Assembly: GCA_030704615.1 (NCBI GenBank)
Contig: JAKLZA010000010.1
Coordinates: 1-64,000, forward strand
DNA from: Takakia lepidozioides
Lineage: Eukaryota; Plantae; Bryophyta
DNA length: 64,000 nucleotides
Reading direction: 5' to 3'
The notes under the pieces are model-generated. The model had not been told where the DNA came from. It ran no database searches and worked only from the letters and a program-made list of their open reading frames with translations. The translations under genes and the position numbers were made by a program. Each line of letters starts with the position of its first letter. Positions within the stretch are counted from its first letter, which is position 1. Shown here in pieces: positions 50,218 through 63,532 of this stretch.

Positions 50218-50724
50218 TTAATGGGCACAATAATACCATTTGTCTTTCTCAGTGTATCTGACTTGTAACAAGTCTTTGGGTATCCAGTACTCCACTGCTT
50301 CTATGATCATATGACAATATTCATAATTTGAACATCCTTCCCTGAAAATATAACTAGTGTAGCAAACTTTTCTGATTGGGATTAGAGTAATCAATAAAGC
50401 TAGACGGGACAACCATTCTTCACTTCTGATTCTACATTCCCAAGGTGCTCGTGTAATACTGATCACTCCTCCCTTTAAGCCCCATTTGTCATCTTCTTTC
50501 GCAATTGAAAGAAAGATCTTCTGTTGTATTGCTATTGGTAAGCCATGAAATTTTGTCAGGAATGCTTTCCATTCCTCTGCTTCCGTTGACTCGTTTTTTT
50601 GTGATTTCAAGAAATCACTGAATAACCATCCTTCCTTGAGTTCACTTGAACTCAACATACCGTTAGTCCCCAGTATGGTCGCCAAATGTAGGCTATCAGC
50701 ACTACTGCCCATTTCCCAAGACAT
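50218..50724 (-). CDS. Upstream accessory ORF of family C-like element (168 aa)
   Basis: FHGLPIAIQQKIF..WGLKGGVI..WIPKDLL aligns to the B ORF FLELPDGCKENIL..WGLEKGVI..WIPKDIL. Confidence 0.7.
   Translation of the reverse strand: MSWEMGSSADSLHLATILGTNGMLSSSELKEGWLFSDFLKSQKNESTEAEEWKAFLTKFHGLPIAIQQKIFLSIAKEDDKWGLKGGVISITRAPWECRIRSEEWLSRLALLITLIPIRKVCYTSYIFREGCSNYEYCHMIIEAVEYWIPKDLLQVRYTEKDKWYYCAH
50667..50684 (-). promoter_or_regulatory. PBS identical to family B
   Basis: TGGCGACCATACTGGGGA after ...CCTACA-TT. Confidence 0.8.
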
Positions 50725-51653
50725 GCAACAGAGGTTGTCTGACGGTATGCTTTCAGAAACGATTATTAAGTAATTGTTTTAAGGATAGCTAAACCATGAA
50801 CGTCGTATGAATCCATATCCCTACAAGCTGCTTAATCATATTGATTAAGTCCAACCTACAGTCTCTTTGGCATAAAAAGTTTTAGTCAAAAAAACTGAAG
50901 CCTCTTTGTTTCATACAAACAGATGGTAATCAAGACAAAACAAGAACTATTATGAGATGACACACATTGTCACCATCTCACGTTCTCTCATAATGCACAT
51001 TTCTCCATCTCACGTTCACTCTACATAGAGATACTTCGAATATCATGGCTTTACTTCAAAGTTCGTCACATCATCACAGAAGTACACATTGAATCCATCT
51101 GAGTCCCCTGAATACACACTGATCACTGATACTCACACTGCCCCCTTCTAAGTTGAGTGCAGTCTTTTTATACTATGCTCGAAAGAGCCGTTACAGCCTA
51201 CGGTCGTTAATGACCGTTTGCCTAAATGCCTACGCAACCTAAAAGGTTTGCTAAAAAAGTGGCTCGTTGTAGTGGTCGTGAGCCATAGTGGTAAACGGTC
51301 CACTAATCCCTCTATTGGTTAAAGCCGATGCTAACGTGGCCGTGTGATATCGTGGTTCATGGCCCACGGTTACTACACTACCCACTACTGCTCCCGTGGT
51401 AATGTACCCTTGTTCCGCCATTTGCTAAATACCGCGTACTTAGCCTTTTCTGCCCGTGACCAGGTAGTGTACACCAATTCTTCTTTTATAATAAAATCGG
51501 AACCGTCTTTGGCTGCTACGACGTTCCATTATTTTAATTAAAAACAATTACAAAAAATAAAAATTATCCCGATTTTAACAAATATAAATACCCAGTATGT
51601 CCCCTTGTGACCCTCGCTGTTTGGCCCTCATAGCATAGCCGTTATCAGCTACA
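50687..51653 (-). repeat. Probable 5' LTR of the family C-like element
   Basis: TGTAG...CTACA inverted termini, adjacent PBS; no second copy to confirm the outer boundary. Confidence 0.6.
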
Positions 51654-51785
51654 CTCTTGCTCAAGGAATAGAGAACATTCACTCGCCACAAAAGTGTTTG
51701 CCACAAAAGAAGTGAGAGGCATTGTGACCACCTTATATACCCTCCAGCCTCCAAGCCTCACACGCTCGACGAGTCAGAATCCAAT

Positions 51786-52266
51786 GTTGCGACCGGCCCA
51801 GGTCGCATGAGGAAGTCACATGTTATTTAAATTAATTAACAAATGTTGCGACCTGGTCGCACATATTAATAATAAAAAAATGCTGCGACCACCCCCATGA
51901 TCGTGGTCGCAGATATTAAAAAACAGAAAAATGTTGCGACCACCCCCGTGCTGGTGGTCGCACCTATTAAAAAAACAGAAAAATGCTGCGACCACCCCCA
52001 TGTTGGTGGTCGCAGATATTAAAAAACAAAAAAATGTTGCGACCACCCCCTGATGGTGGTCGCACCTATTACAAATAAAAAATAAATTGTGCGACCACTA
52101 GTAGTGGTGGTCGCAACTGTTTAAGAAAAAAAAAAATGCGACCACCCCTGCTGGTGGTCGCATCTATTTTTTAAAAACAAAAATGATGCGACCACCCCTC
52201 TGCTGGTGGTCGCAACTATTAAAAAATAAGATAAATTCTGCGACCACCAACATTTGGAGGTCGCAC
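51786..52266. repeat. About nine TGCGACC(ACC)...GGTCGCA hairpins separated by A-rich spacers (DNA transposon subterminal-type array)
   Basis: Directly visible. Confidence 0.8.
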
Positions 52267-54391
52267 CAATTTAACAATAATTATTTAAAAATGACCTCAA
52301 ATACTGGCGGATGGAGTAATTTATAAAACAATTCATTCACTTGCCAAGGTGTCGCTTGGAATACAATGTGTCTACCTACGTGGCATATTTTTCACCTAAC
52401 TCATGTTTTACTGATTTTTCGGCAAAACTGACGTGGCGTTGGTCGCGTCAGCGTCAGGTCCGATGTGACGTGACGTCACTAACGTGTGCAACCCTGCAAG
52501 CTCTAAGGGTTAGGAGCCATTATCTAAGGCGCCAGTGGTAGATAAAATCTAGGATTTTGGGAGGATGTAGCCTTGGAGGGGAACGTTCTTATGACTCCAA
52601 GAGAGAGCCAAGCGGGTCTGTGGGCAGTGAGCTAGAGGCGGAGACCTCGAGAGACAAGGGAGGAGAAAAAGTACTCTGTCCTAAAAACTCGGCTACAGTG
52701 CGCCTTTGTATCAGAGCCCAAGATAGAGGATGACTTTTTCCACGAAGGGAAAGCGCACCAGCGCCTTAAAATAATGTAAAGGGGTGAAATCTGGCTTGGA
52801 CCCACTAGTGGTTATTTTATTATTTACGCATGCATGTTCTGGACTAATGAATGTAATGGCAGGGATGAGCTCTCAGCGAGATTCATTCATCCGATAGGGC
52901 TGCGGCAGTTCCCCGCGGCAGGGATCATCGGTTCTCATTGGGTTCCCACAGGGTTCCCAAGGGCATCTTTAGGCGCCAAGGGTATCTTTGGATTCCCCAC
53001 ATGATTTCCCATAGGGTAGGTATTTTTCCTGATTTTCTTAATTTCTTTTATTTTCCAGCATTTCTGATTTGCGAAATTGCTTAAATATGATAGATGCACG
53101 TGTTGCACGTTATAGCCTGAAGGGCGTTGATTAAACTTATTGAACTTATTGAGTTGAGGGGCTTAGAGCCACCTTATTGAACTTGGTGAACCTATTGGAT
53201 TATGATAGGTATTTTGGCCACTCATTTGCTAAGACAAAGTATTTTAGGCACTGGGGTAGGAAGCGTTGGCCTTTCCATCAGAGATGACTTGAACTTAAGC
53301 ACTCGGTGAAGGAGGGGCATTGGGAGAGGAAGATTTTCCCTCTTCTTCCTAGGCTCGGCAGGTGCCTTGTGAATGGATTAAAACATGTCCCGGCTATAGG
53401 CGGCTCGGGGGCCTAGGCGGTAGGAATTAGACAATAAAACACAAAGACTTGGAAGGCAGTTACTAAGTAGATTGTAGGATACCGTAGGACTTAGAAACGC
53501 AAACTCGCCCTGTGAAAGGTACGTGATTTCTCTTTGCCGGTAGGACTTAGATAGTGATCATAGCCACCATGTACGACCACGGACCCCCTGCACTAACCGC
53601 AGTCGGGTAGGCGGTTCAGTGAGCCCAACCTACACCGCAACTTACCATGACCCCCCTAGACTAATATGCCGTCACCCTGACCGCGCGCGCTCAGGGCTTG
53701 TCACCTCCTCCGTGTGGGTCGCATAGTATTCTGCTTTCGCCTTCAAGCCTGTCTTTTTTAAGACTATTTTTGAAGCTGGCCCTAGTGTTGCCTGGCCACG
53801 GAACCTTGATTATGCTATGAATTGCCACTTCCGAGAGATAGATCTTCGTATTGCTTAATGTTTCGTGTCTTCTAGTCTTTTGGGAAGTTTGGGGATCAAC
53901 CTTGCGTCAACGCGACATTGATTACAAGGGGGTTTAATGGGATTTAACAGGCACCTGCTTCATCTGTGTTTTTTGAATGTGTGGTTCAGGTACATCTACC
54001 ATGTCCTCATTCCGGGGAAGTACCTTAGCGATGACCCTAACTTCATCTACACATGGGCGGACCCCTCAAATGATTGGAGCAAGGCGCACTTCAGAGACTG
54101 CGGGTGGTATCTTGACCTTCCAAAACAAGACACACCATTCGACGAGGTCGTGTTGAGGAACCTGAATGACAACGTCGTAGTGCTTGCAGCACGCACTGAC
54201 AAGGACATTCAAGAGAGACTCATACAAGCACTCAACGCAAAAGAGCCTGAGAGATGCAGCTAACTCCCAAACGGAAGAGGAATGCAGGGGAAGGGGAAGG
54301 GGAAGAATGCAGCTGGACGGGAACTCAAGAAACTACTACCGCCAGCCTTCTCCGACACGAAAGGAGAAGAGAACTCCGAAAACGAAGGAGC

Positions 54392-55167
54392 TGTTAGAGG
54401 ACTGTCTGGGACTTAGACACTTATACGGGATCTGTGGGGTATCCTTAATTTTTGCACAGACTAAGACCAACAGGAGCCTTAGGGGTGACAGCAGCGCACT
54501 TTAGAAGGGGGTTACACAGCCCGTCACAGTCCGACACAGCCAACACAGTCGTCATAGTCCGACACAGCCCGACACAGCCAATACAGTCGTCACAGTCCGA
54601 CACAGCCCGACACAGCCACACAGCCACACAGCCAGTCACAGCCCAACACAGTCGCACAGCCAGTCACAGCCGGTCACAGTTTCACACAGCCAATCACAGC
54701 TTGACACAGCTGTCACGACCATAGGGAACGGATAGCAGGACAGGGAACAACTGTGGGGAACAACACCTGCGAATGGAACATGTTAGTTCACGGATGACGG
54801 TTAGTGAGGGAACAACGGGTAGGAAGATAAAGCCAGGAGCAAGGACTGGAAAAAGATCAATTCTTGGATCACTTCGGGGGGGGGAATTTCGGACATCACT
54901 GGGGGAAATGAGGATAGAGCGTATCTCTGAGCAGAAAGAGGGAGAGCACGGAGTAGGAGGAGGATCTGTTGATGCTTAATTAATGCAGGCAGTAGAATTG
55001 TAATGTAGAGCAGATTAGAGACTCCATGGCTTCAGCCTGATACTTGATAGATATTAATCTAATACACACTTCATACTCACACTGTGTAGAGAGATCTGAG
55101 TGAAGCTATGGAATGAATGGATGAGTTGATGGAATCCGATAGATTGATGAAGCAAACTAATACTTAC
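54392..55167 (+). repeat. Truncated family B LTR
   Basis: Starts TGTTAGAGGACTG; near-identical to 55577-~56315. Confidence 0.88.
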
Positions 55168-55559
55168 AGCAAGTTTTAAAATATAAACTTCCAGACATGG
55201 TAGGACAACATTGTATGCCCCAGAGGATTCCACAAAAAGTTCGACAATTAAAACACCTGAGAGGCGATGAGGATTTTGATACAACTGTTTCTTCAGCGGA
55301 TTCTTTTGACATGGGAGAAGACTATGCAATTCAGATGGCAGAGAAGAAGCGACGGGGGTCTCCTATGCCTGAAAGGTTACCTCGATATCAGCCTCCAGAG
55401 GGCCTCACATATCCAGGTAGTGTTCAATCATCTCCATCAACCAGTGACAGACCTCGGGCTCGTACACACAGTCCGCCACGAAACTCTCAACGTTAGAAAG
55501 GTGCTCGCTCACAAAGGTTTGCTAATCCCAATCAGTAAACCGTGAGGACACGGCTTTTT

Positions 55560-55576
55560 GAGAGGGGAAGGGGTAA
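55560..55576 (+). promoter_or_regulatory. Polypurine tract preceding the B2 LTR
   Basis: GAGAGGGGAAGGGGTAA|TGTT. Confidence 0.75.
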
Positions 55577-56510
55577 TGTTAGAGGACTGTCTGGGACTTA
55601 GACACTTATACGGGATCTGTGGGGTACCCTTAATTTTGGCACAGACTGAGACCAACAGGAGCCTTAGGGATGACAGCAGCGCACTTTAGAAGGGGGTTAC
55701 ACAGCCCGTCACAGCCCGACACAGCCAACACAGTCGTCACAGTCCGACACAGCCACACAGCCAGTCACAGCCCAACACAGTCGCACAGCCAGTCACAGCC
55801 TGACACAGCCGGTCACAGCCCATCACAGTTTCACACAGCCAGTCACAGCTTGACACAGCTGTCACGACCATAGGGAACGGATAGCAGGACATGGAACAAC
55901 TGTGGGGAACAACACCTGCGAATGGAACATGTTAGTTCACGGATGACGGTTAGTGAGGGAACAACGGGTAGGAAGATAAAGCCAGGAGCAAGGACTGGAA
56001 AAGGATCGATTCTTGGATCACTTCGGGGGGGGGGAATTTCGGACATCACTGGGGGAAATGAGGATAGAGCGTATCTCTGAGCAGAAAGAGGGATAGCACG
56101 GAGTAGGAGGAGGATCTGTTGATGCTTAATTAATGCAGGCAGTAGAATTGTAATGTAGAGCAGATTAGAGACTCCATGGCTTCAGCCTGATACTTGATAG
56201 ATATTAATCTAATACACACTTCATACTCACACTGTGTAGAGAGATCTGAGTGAAGCTATGGAATGAATGGATGAGTTGATGGAATCCGATAGATTGATGA
56301 AGCAAACTGATACTTAATTACCAACAGTAAGGTAACTAGCTAACATGAATGCGGGAAGGAAAACAAATAGGAAACACCCCCATGATACACTAACTGTAGG
56401 TCATGACTGATTGTTCTGAGCGGGTTGAGTACTTAGAGATTTCCAACTCTTCTATCTCGGAGTTTCCGCCTCGGATAGCGAAGGGATGGGTGAGTAAAAG
56501 CCGCGCGACA
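55577..56510 (+). repeat. Family B LTR (934 bp) followed by PBS 56513-56530
   Basis: TG...CA; homologous to 29023-30033. Confidence 0.9.
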
Positions 56511-57098
56511 TTTGGCGACCATACTGGGGAACTGGGTCATGAACAACCAGATGTGACAGGCATCTGGTGGGATCATGGTGGATGGAGAATTAAAGAATTT
56601 GATGTGAATCAAATTCCTTGTGAAACTGAGAAGGAAAGATTGTCCAAACGATTCTTCCAGAGGTTTTTGGAATTGCCAAACGGTTGTAAAGAAAACATTC
56701 TTAAGAGAGTGCATGATGCTGACCCTGAGTGGGGTCTGGAGAAAGGAGTGATAAAGATTTATCAGGTGGCCTGTAGAGGAAGAGCACGTTGGTTACCAAC
56801 ACTGGTTTATGTGATAGCATTGCTATCCATTAAGCGAGTAGAGTTTGAAGGCTGGGAGGAAAGAAAGGTGAATGTTTATACTCATATGCATGAAGAGCTT
56901 GTACTGGTAAAGAATTGGATTCCAAAGGATATTTTGTGGATCAAACTCACACCAAGAACAGCTTTCCAGACTTGTTTGCCATATGGTTATATGGTAACGG
57001 AGACTTCAAGTATAGCCAAGGGTGCATTGAAGCTTGAAAGAAACCCAGGCATATACGAGAGATATTACAGAAGAGAGTTTTGGTTATTGCCACATTAA
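56403..57098 (+). CDS. Upstream accessory ORF of family B (231 aa)
   Basis: Intact; about 10 aa differences from B1. Confidence 0.7.
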   Translation: MTDCSERVEYLEISNSSISEFPPRIAKGWVSKSRATFGDHTGELGHEQPDVTGIWWDHGGWRIKEFDVNQIPCETEKERLSKRFFQRFLELPNGCKENILKRVHDADPEWGLEKGVIKIYQVACRGRARWLPTLVYVIALLSIKRVEFEGWEERKVNVYTHMHEELVLVKNWIPKDILWIKLTPRTAFQTCLPYGYMVTETSSIAKGALKLERNPGIYERYYRREFWLLPH

Positions 57099-57120
57099 AA
57101 AGAAATGAAAGACATGGGAC

Positions 57121-60100
57121 ATGAGTGATGAAAGAGAAGCTAGACGCCAGAGATATTTAGCAAAAAGAGAAAGCTATCTGAAAGCTAATTATCCATATCT
57201 TTGGGAGAGAGGAATAGACATAGGGGAATCATCTGGACCTCTCACACCATTAAGATCAGAGAGTACATCACCCATACCGGAAGAACTAGAGTTGGATGCC
57301 ACTCCTTCTGTTTCTTTGCAAGAAATATTAAGGGAATTGGTACGGGAAGAAGATCAATCACGAGGTGAAAGATCTGAGGTACATCCCAGGATAAAAGATT
57401 TGATAGAAATCTTTGATAAGAGTTGGCATGGAACACCAAAAGCAGGAACTCCAGTTTCTGAAGCGGAAGGTGAAGAAGGAGGAGAGGATGTGGCAGAGCC
57501 AACGGAGAGTTCAGACTCTCCAACACCATTGCAGTTGAGTTACATGAGTGAAGAAGAAACCCAAGGGCAGAACTTGGAGGATGAAAACAGAGAGAAGAAA
57601 TTGGAAGAGGAAGAATATGAAGAAGTAGACCCAACAGCTGAGGTTGAGACTACAACCAGGACATCCCAACCCGTTGGACCTGGATCAAGTGGAGCACTTG
57701 GATCACAGGCCAACGAAGGTGTCGGCTCAGGGGGATCAGGCGGGCTGCCTGGATCTGGCTCTGGGGGGACAGGGAGTGTGGAAAGTAGTGCAACTGAAGC
57801 TGGGAATACTGTGAATATCGTGGGGCCAGAAGCAGGGAGTGCTCAAGGGCCACCACTTGGTGGAAGATCCACCACAACAACAACAGGTCCAGAAGGACCA
57901 GCACCAGCAAGGGTGCCAGCACCTGTCAGTGGGCAGAAGGTAGGGCCAAAGATGGCGTTACAACCAACACGGGCAAAACCACCTTTTCCAATATATTCAG
58001 GAAAAGGGGATCCCGATGTACACATTAGCCAATTTGAGCACATGTGTATAGTGAACAATGAGAATGGCGATGATGCCAAGATGAGATTGTTTGCTTGTTC
58101 ACTTATAAAGAAAGCAAGTGAATGGTATGCAAGATTCCCTGATAATCATTTCCTAACCTGGAATGGCTTGAATACAACATTCCGAAATAGGTTCAGGACA
58201 AGTAAAATTGAGGATGAAGTGTATGGAAGTTTACAACAGTTAAAGCAAAAGAAGCATGAAACTGTTGAGGAGTATATGGAAAAGATGGAATTTGATGATG
58301 AAAAAGCTGGCTGCAGTACCAGCACCAGGTTTACATAAGACTTGGTTTGTGAGTGGACTAAGACCAGAGTTGCAAAAGAAAGTGGATATGTTACCCCATA
58401 ATACAGTGGAGGAGGCATTTGAAATTGCAAACAGAATTGAGCAATTGGGAATGCTCAGGAGAGAGAAAAGGGATGATGAGGACTCTGAGGATGAGTCAGA
58501 TGAAGAAGAAGAGAAAGAACTAAAAAGGAAGAGTAAGAGAAAGGAGAAGTTGAAGAGGGATAACTATGAGAAAAGATTGGAAGAAATCTTGAAGAAGTAT
58601 GCCACAGAGGCTGCAACACATTGGAGGAAGGGTGTATGGTGTGCAAAGTGCCAGAATGAAGGCCATACCACCACATAATGCCACATGAAGGAGAAACACT
58701 GTACTATCTGTAAAATGGATAACCATTCTACTGAGAATTGTTACTACAACAGAAGGACAGCTGCAAGAGAACCTAGGCAAGTAAGGGTGCATCAGGTGCA
58801 GCCCCAGCCAAGAAGAAACAATGATCAGGACCACTATGGTAGGTCTGGTGGTTATAACAATGGCATGGAAGGGAGAGGTAATTCAAGAGGAAATTACCAA
58901 GGAAATTCCAGAGGCAACTATCAGGGTAATCCAAGGGGGAATTACCAGCCCGGGACTCAGGATTACAGAAATAATCCAAGAACAGACAAAGGGCGAGGAC
59001 CCAATGGTGAAGAACTATGTTACTATTGTAATCAGCCAGGACATCGCAGGGCAGCCTGTTCATTCTGGATTAGACACCAAGTGGCAGTGATATGCCTGAA
59101 GATGATGAGGCTTGGAGAGATGAGAAGGAACTGCACAAGGAAGTGGCAGATACCATAAGGGAAATGCAGAAGAGTACTGATATTCCTGTGGCAGATTCCT
59201 CTGATTCTGATGGAGAAGAAGAAGTGAGTGAGGATGAAAGGAAGAAAAAAGATGCAGACATGCAAAGTAATGAAGAGACTTTGGCTGAAGTAATATGCCA
59301 GACCAAAGCAGAGATTACCATTGGACAGCTATTGACTGTGGCACCTTATTGTAGGCACAGGCTGTATCAAGCAATCAATCGAATTGCCCAGGAGACAGAA
59401 AACACAGACCTGAACAGCAAGGTGACCAGTTATAATGTGAAGCCGGAAGGGCGAGAAACAGTCATGGACTTTGATGATTCTATGCCAGTAATCCAATTGA
59501 GAATTGGAAGCACAGAACTAACTGATGTACTGATAGATGGAGGTTCTGGAGTAAATATCATGACAGACCAATTAAGAAAGAAGCTTGGTCTAAGTAACAT
59601 GAAACCAGCCCCATTTACAGTAACAATGGCAGATCAAAGAAGTGTACAACCATTGGGATTAATAAGAGGAGTTAAGATACAGATACAGAAGATGATCTTT
59701 ATGATCACAGTAACTGTGTTGAAGATGGATGAAGTCATGGAGGCTTACTCCTTATTATTGGGACGTCCGTGGCTGAAACAGGCCAGGGTATTCCATGACT
59801 GGAATTCTCAGTTACTAACCGTGCATAATGGGATACACGAGATACAAATTACCACAAAGAAATCTAGTAGATTACCTGCTACGAGAAGACCTCGAGGGGT
59901 CAGAGAGTATGACTGGAGAGGAGGACTGGATGAGGAGCAGGAAGCTACCCTGTTTGCTGCACACCCAGTTGGGAGCAGGTTGCAGAGATGCGGCTGGAAG
60001 GCCTAAGTTGTTTAAGGGGTATCTGCTGTGGTGTAGTGTCAACAACACCGATTGAAGAGGAAACCAGCAGTTACCCATCACATTTCTATGAAGAAAGAGA

Positions 60101-63100
60101 AGGAGAAATGGAAATCCTAGAGGAACCAGCCACTGTGAGTTTACAGGATGAAGTGGTGACTGGTTGGACAATCACAGCTGATGAGCAGGTGAGGGAAGTG
60201 AATGTGGGAACTAAAGAGGAACCGAGGATGGTGAAGGTAGCTGATTTGGAGCCAGAATTCTTTGAAGAAGCTAAGAGCTTGTTCATCAAATACAGAGATG
60301 TATTTGCTTGGAGCTATGAGGATCTAAAAGGGATACCACCTGAAATCTGTCAGCATAAGATTGAACTGGAACCAGGGTCAGTACCAATCAAGCAGGCAAG
60401 GTACAGAATGAATCCCAACTACGCACAGAAGGTTGGAGAAGAGATCAAGAAGTTGGCTGAGGCTAAGTTTATATACCCAATAGAGTATACAACTTGGTTG
60501 TCACCCATTGTGATAGTTCCCAAGAAGAATGGTAAACTAAGAGTTTGTGTGAACTACAAGAAGCTGAATGCTTGTACAAAGAAAGATCATTTCCCTTTGC
60601 CATTCACAGAAGCAGTATTAGACACTGTGGCAGGCCATGAGATGTACTCATTCATGGATGGCTTCAGTGGTTATAATCAAGTGCAAGTGGCAGAAGAAGA
60701 CCAAGGAAAAACAGCTTTCATCACAGACTGGGGTGCTTATGCATACAAAGTCATGCCCTTTGGACTTTGTAATGCACCAGCGACCTTTCAGAGAGTGATA
60801 AGTGAATCTTTTCATGAGTATCTGGATGATTTCATGCAGGTGTTCTTGGATGATTTCAGTGTGTACAGCTCTAAGAATGAGCACTTGCATAAATTGGAGT
60901 TATGTCTGGCCAGATGCAGGATGAGAGGTCTGGGCCTGAATCCAGAGAAGTGTACTTTCTGTGTGAACTCAGGGGTGCTTCTGGGACACATTGTGTGTAA
61001 GAGGGGACTTCTTGTGGATCCCAGGAAGACAGAGGCCATTAAAGCCTCTCCACCACCAGTGAATGTTAAGAGTCTAAGGAGATTCCTTGGACAAACCAGC
61101 TATTACAGAAGATTTGTCAGACGGTATGCACAGATAGCAGCACCATTGAGCAAACTTCTGAAGAAAGATGCAGTGTTTGCATGGACACCTGAATGTCAAC
61201 AGGCTTTTGAGGAACTTACATTGTCAGTAACAACTACACCTGTGCTGATTAGTCCTCACTGGCAGGAAATATTTCATGTTCACTGTGATGCTTCTGGAGA
61301 AGCACTAGGAGCAGTGTTAGCCCAAAATGTAACAGGAAGGATAGATTCACCTGTGTACTATGCTAGCCGATTGATGAACAATGCCGAAAGAAATTATAGC
61401 ACAACGGAAAGAGAAGCATTGGCAATGATCTATGCAGTGAAGAAATTCAGGCATTACCTGTTGGGCAAGAAGTTTATGTTCTATGTGGATCACCAGGCTC
61501 TGATATACCTGGTAAACAAACCTCTGATAAGCGGAAGAATAGCAAGATGGTTGATAATCTTGCACGAGTTTGAGTTCGAGGTTGTTTACAAGCCTGGGAG
61601 ACTGCATCTTGTGGCGGATCACTTGTCACGGTTATCAACAGGAGAACCAGCCACAGGAGTAGATGATCAATTACCAGATGCGAGTCTATTTGCAGTGGAG
61701 GTGCAGGGAAGTGCAGATGACTGGTTAGATTGGCAGTGGCCAATCAGATACTACCTTGCTCATGGTCAGTGCCCACCAAGTTATGGAAAGGAGCAGAGAA
61801 AGAGAATTGCTATCAAGGCTCTACCTTACACTATGGTAGGGAGCAGAATGTATAAGCTAGGACCAGATGGAGTGCTGAAGCGATGCTTATACCACCATGA
61901 AGTAAATAAAGTTTTGGAGGAAGTTCATAAAGGAGTGGCAGGAGGTCATTTTGGAGAAGAGACTACCAGCAGGAAAATACTACATGCAGGTTACTGGTGG
62001 CCTACTTTGTTCAAAGATGTACACAAGTATTGTCAGAGTTGTGATGAATGTCAGAGGCTAGGACCTTTGCAGAGATCTGGGAAAATGGCTTTGCATCCTA
62101 CAATGCCTACGGAACCATTTCAGAAATGGGGACTAGACTTTGTTGGACCAATTAACCCACCAGCCAAGAATACACAGAACAGGTACATAATTACAGCCAC
62201 TGATTATACTACGAAGTGGGTGGAAGCTAAAGCTTTGAGGGACAACACAGCCAAGTCCACAGCAAGGTTTCTGTATGAGAACATACTTACACGATTTGGC
62301 TGTCCCTTGGAATTTATCAGTGATCAGGGAAGTCACTTCATTAATGAGACCATTGAATTGTTGACTAAAGAGTTCATGATTGTGCATAGGAAGAGTACAA
62401 CATATTACCCACAGGGTAATGGGCAGGCAGAGGCTACCAACAAAATACTATGTACTATCTTGGCTAAGATAGTCAATGCAAACAGAACGGATTGGGATAC
62501 AAAGCTGCTGACAGCTTTGTGGTCATACAGGACTTCATATAAAGTCACCACTAAGTATACACCATTCCAATTAGTTTATGGTATGGAAGCTTTACTTCCA
62601 GTGGAATTCCTGTTACCTACCATGAGAACGGAATGGGGAAAGAGAATGGAATTGCAAGATTCCATTAAGGTCAGGAAACATGAATTATACCATGTGGAAG
62701 AAGTACGTGCTGATGCAGCTGATAATATGACCAGAATTCAGATGAAGAGAAAGAACAGTTTGATGAAGGCAAGTTAAAGACTTTTAAGACGGGAGATTTG
62801 GTTCTATGGTTGCAGAAGAAGGGAAAGATTAAAGCTTCTAAGCTTAAATCACCATGGAAAGGACCTTATGTCATACAAAAGATGTATGATAACAACACCG
62901 CCATGTTACAAACCATTAACAAAGAAATGCTGGGAAGAGTCAATGCCAATAAGTTGAAGGGGTACAGTGGTATCCATGACAAACCATTGCAGCATGATTT
63001 GCATGTTGAAACGCAAAAGCAGTCACGGGCTGCGCCAGTGTTACCAACGGAGTATGGAGCACTTGTCGCTAGGCCGAGCATATATGACCAGGGCGGGCAG

Positions 63101-63532
63101 AACAAGCGCGACACAGCCTATCACAGCCCATCAAGGCGCGACACAGCCTATCACAGCCCATCAAAGCGCGACACAGCCTATCACAGCCCATCAAAGCGCG
63201 ACACAGCCTATCACAGCCCATCACGGCGCGACACGACCTATCACAGCCCATCACGGTGTGACACAGCCTATCACAGCCCATCACGGTGCGATACAGCATA
63301 TCACAGCCCAGCACGAAGCAATACAGCCTATCACAACCTACCACAGCGTGTCACAGCCTATCACAGCTTACCACAGTGTATCACAGCCTATCACGGCATA
63401 CCACAGTATGACACAGCCTGTCACAGCTTAACACAGCCTACTAGGGTTACACAATCCATAGAATCAGTGACAGGTGGACGCAGGATAACTTCAGGAAATG
63501 GCCGGCGGAAGAAAGGACGGAAGCCAGTTTAG
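57121..63532 (+). pseudogene. gag-pol: gag-pol of B2 (frameshifts ~58290, ~59970, ~62755; stop 58676; ~150-bp deletion ~59080)
   Basis: Gag, PR, RT (FLDD), RH and INT motifs across ORFs 57121, 58256, 58685, 59092, 59988 and 62798. Confidence 0.93.
63110..63440. repeat. TCACAGCC-type 10/30-bp repeats at the B2 integrase end
   Basis: Visible. Confidence 0.9.
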
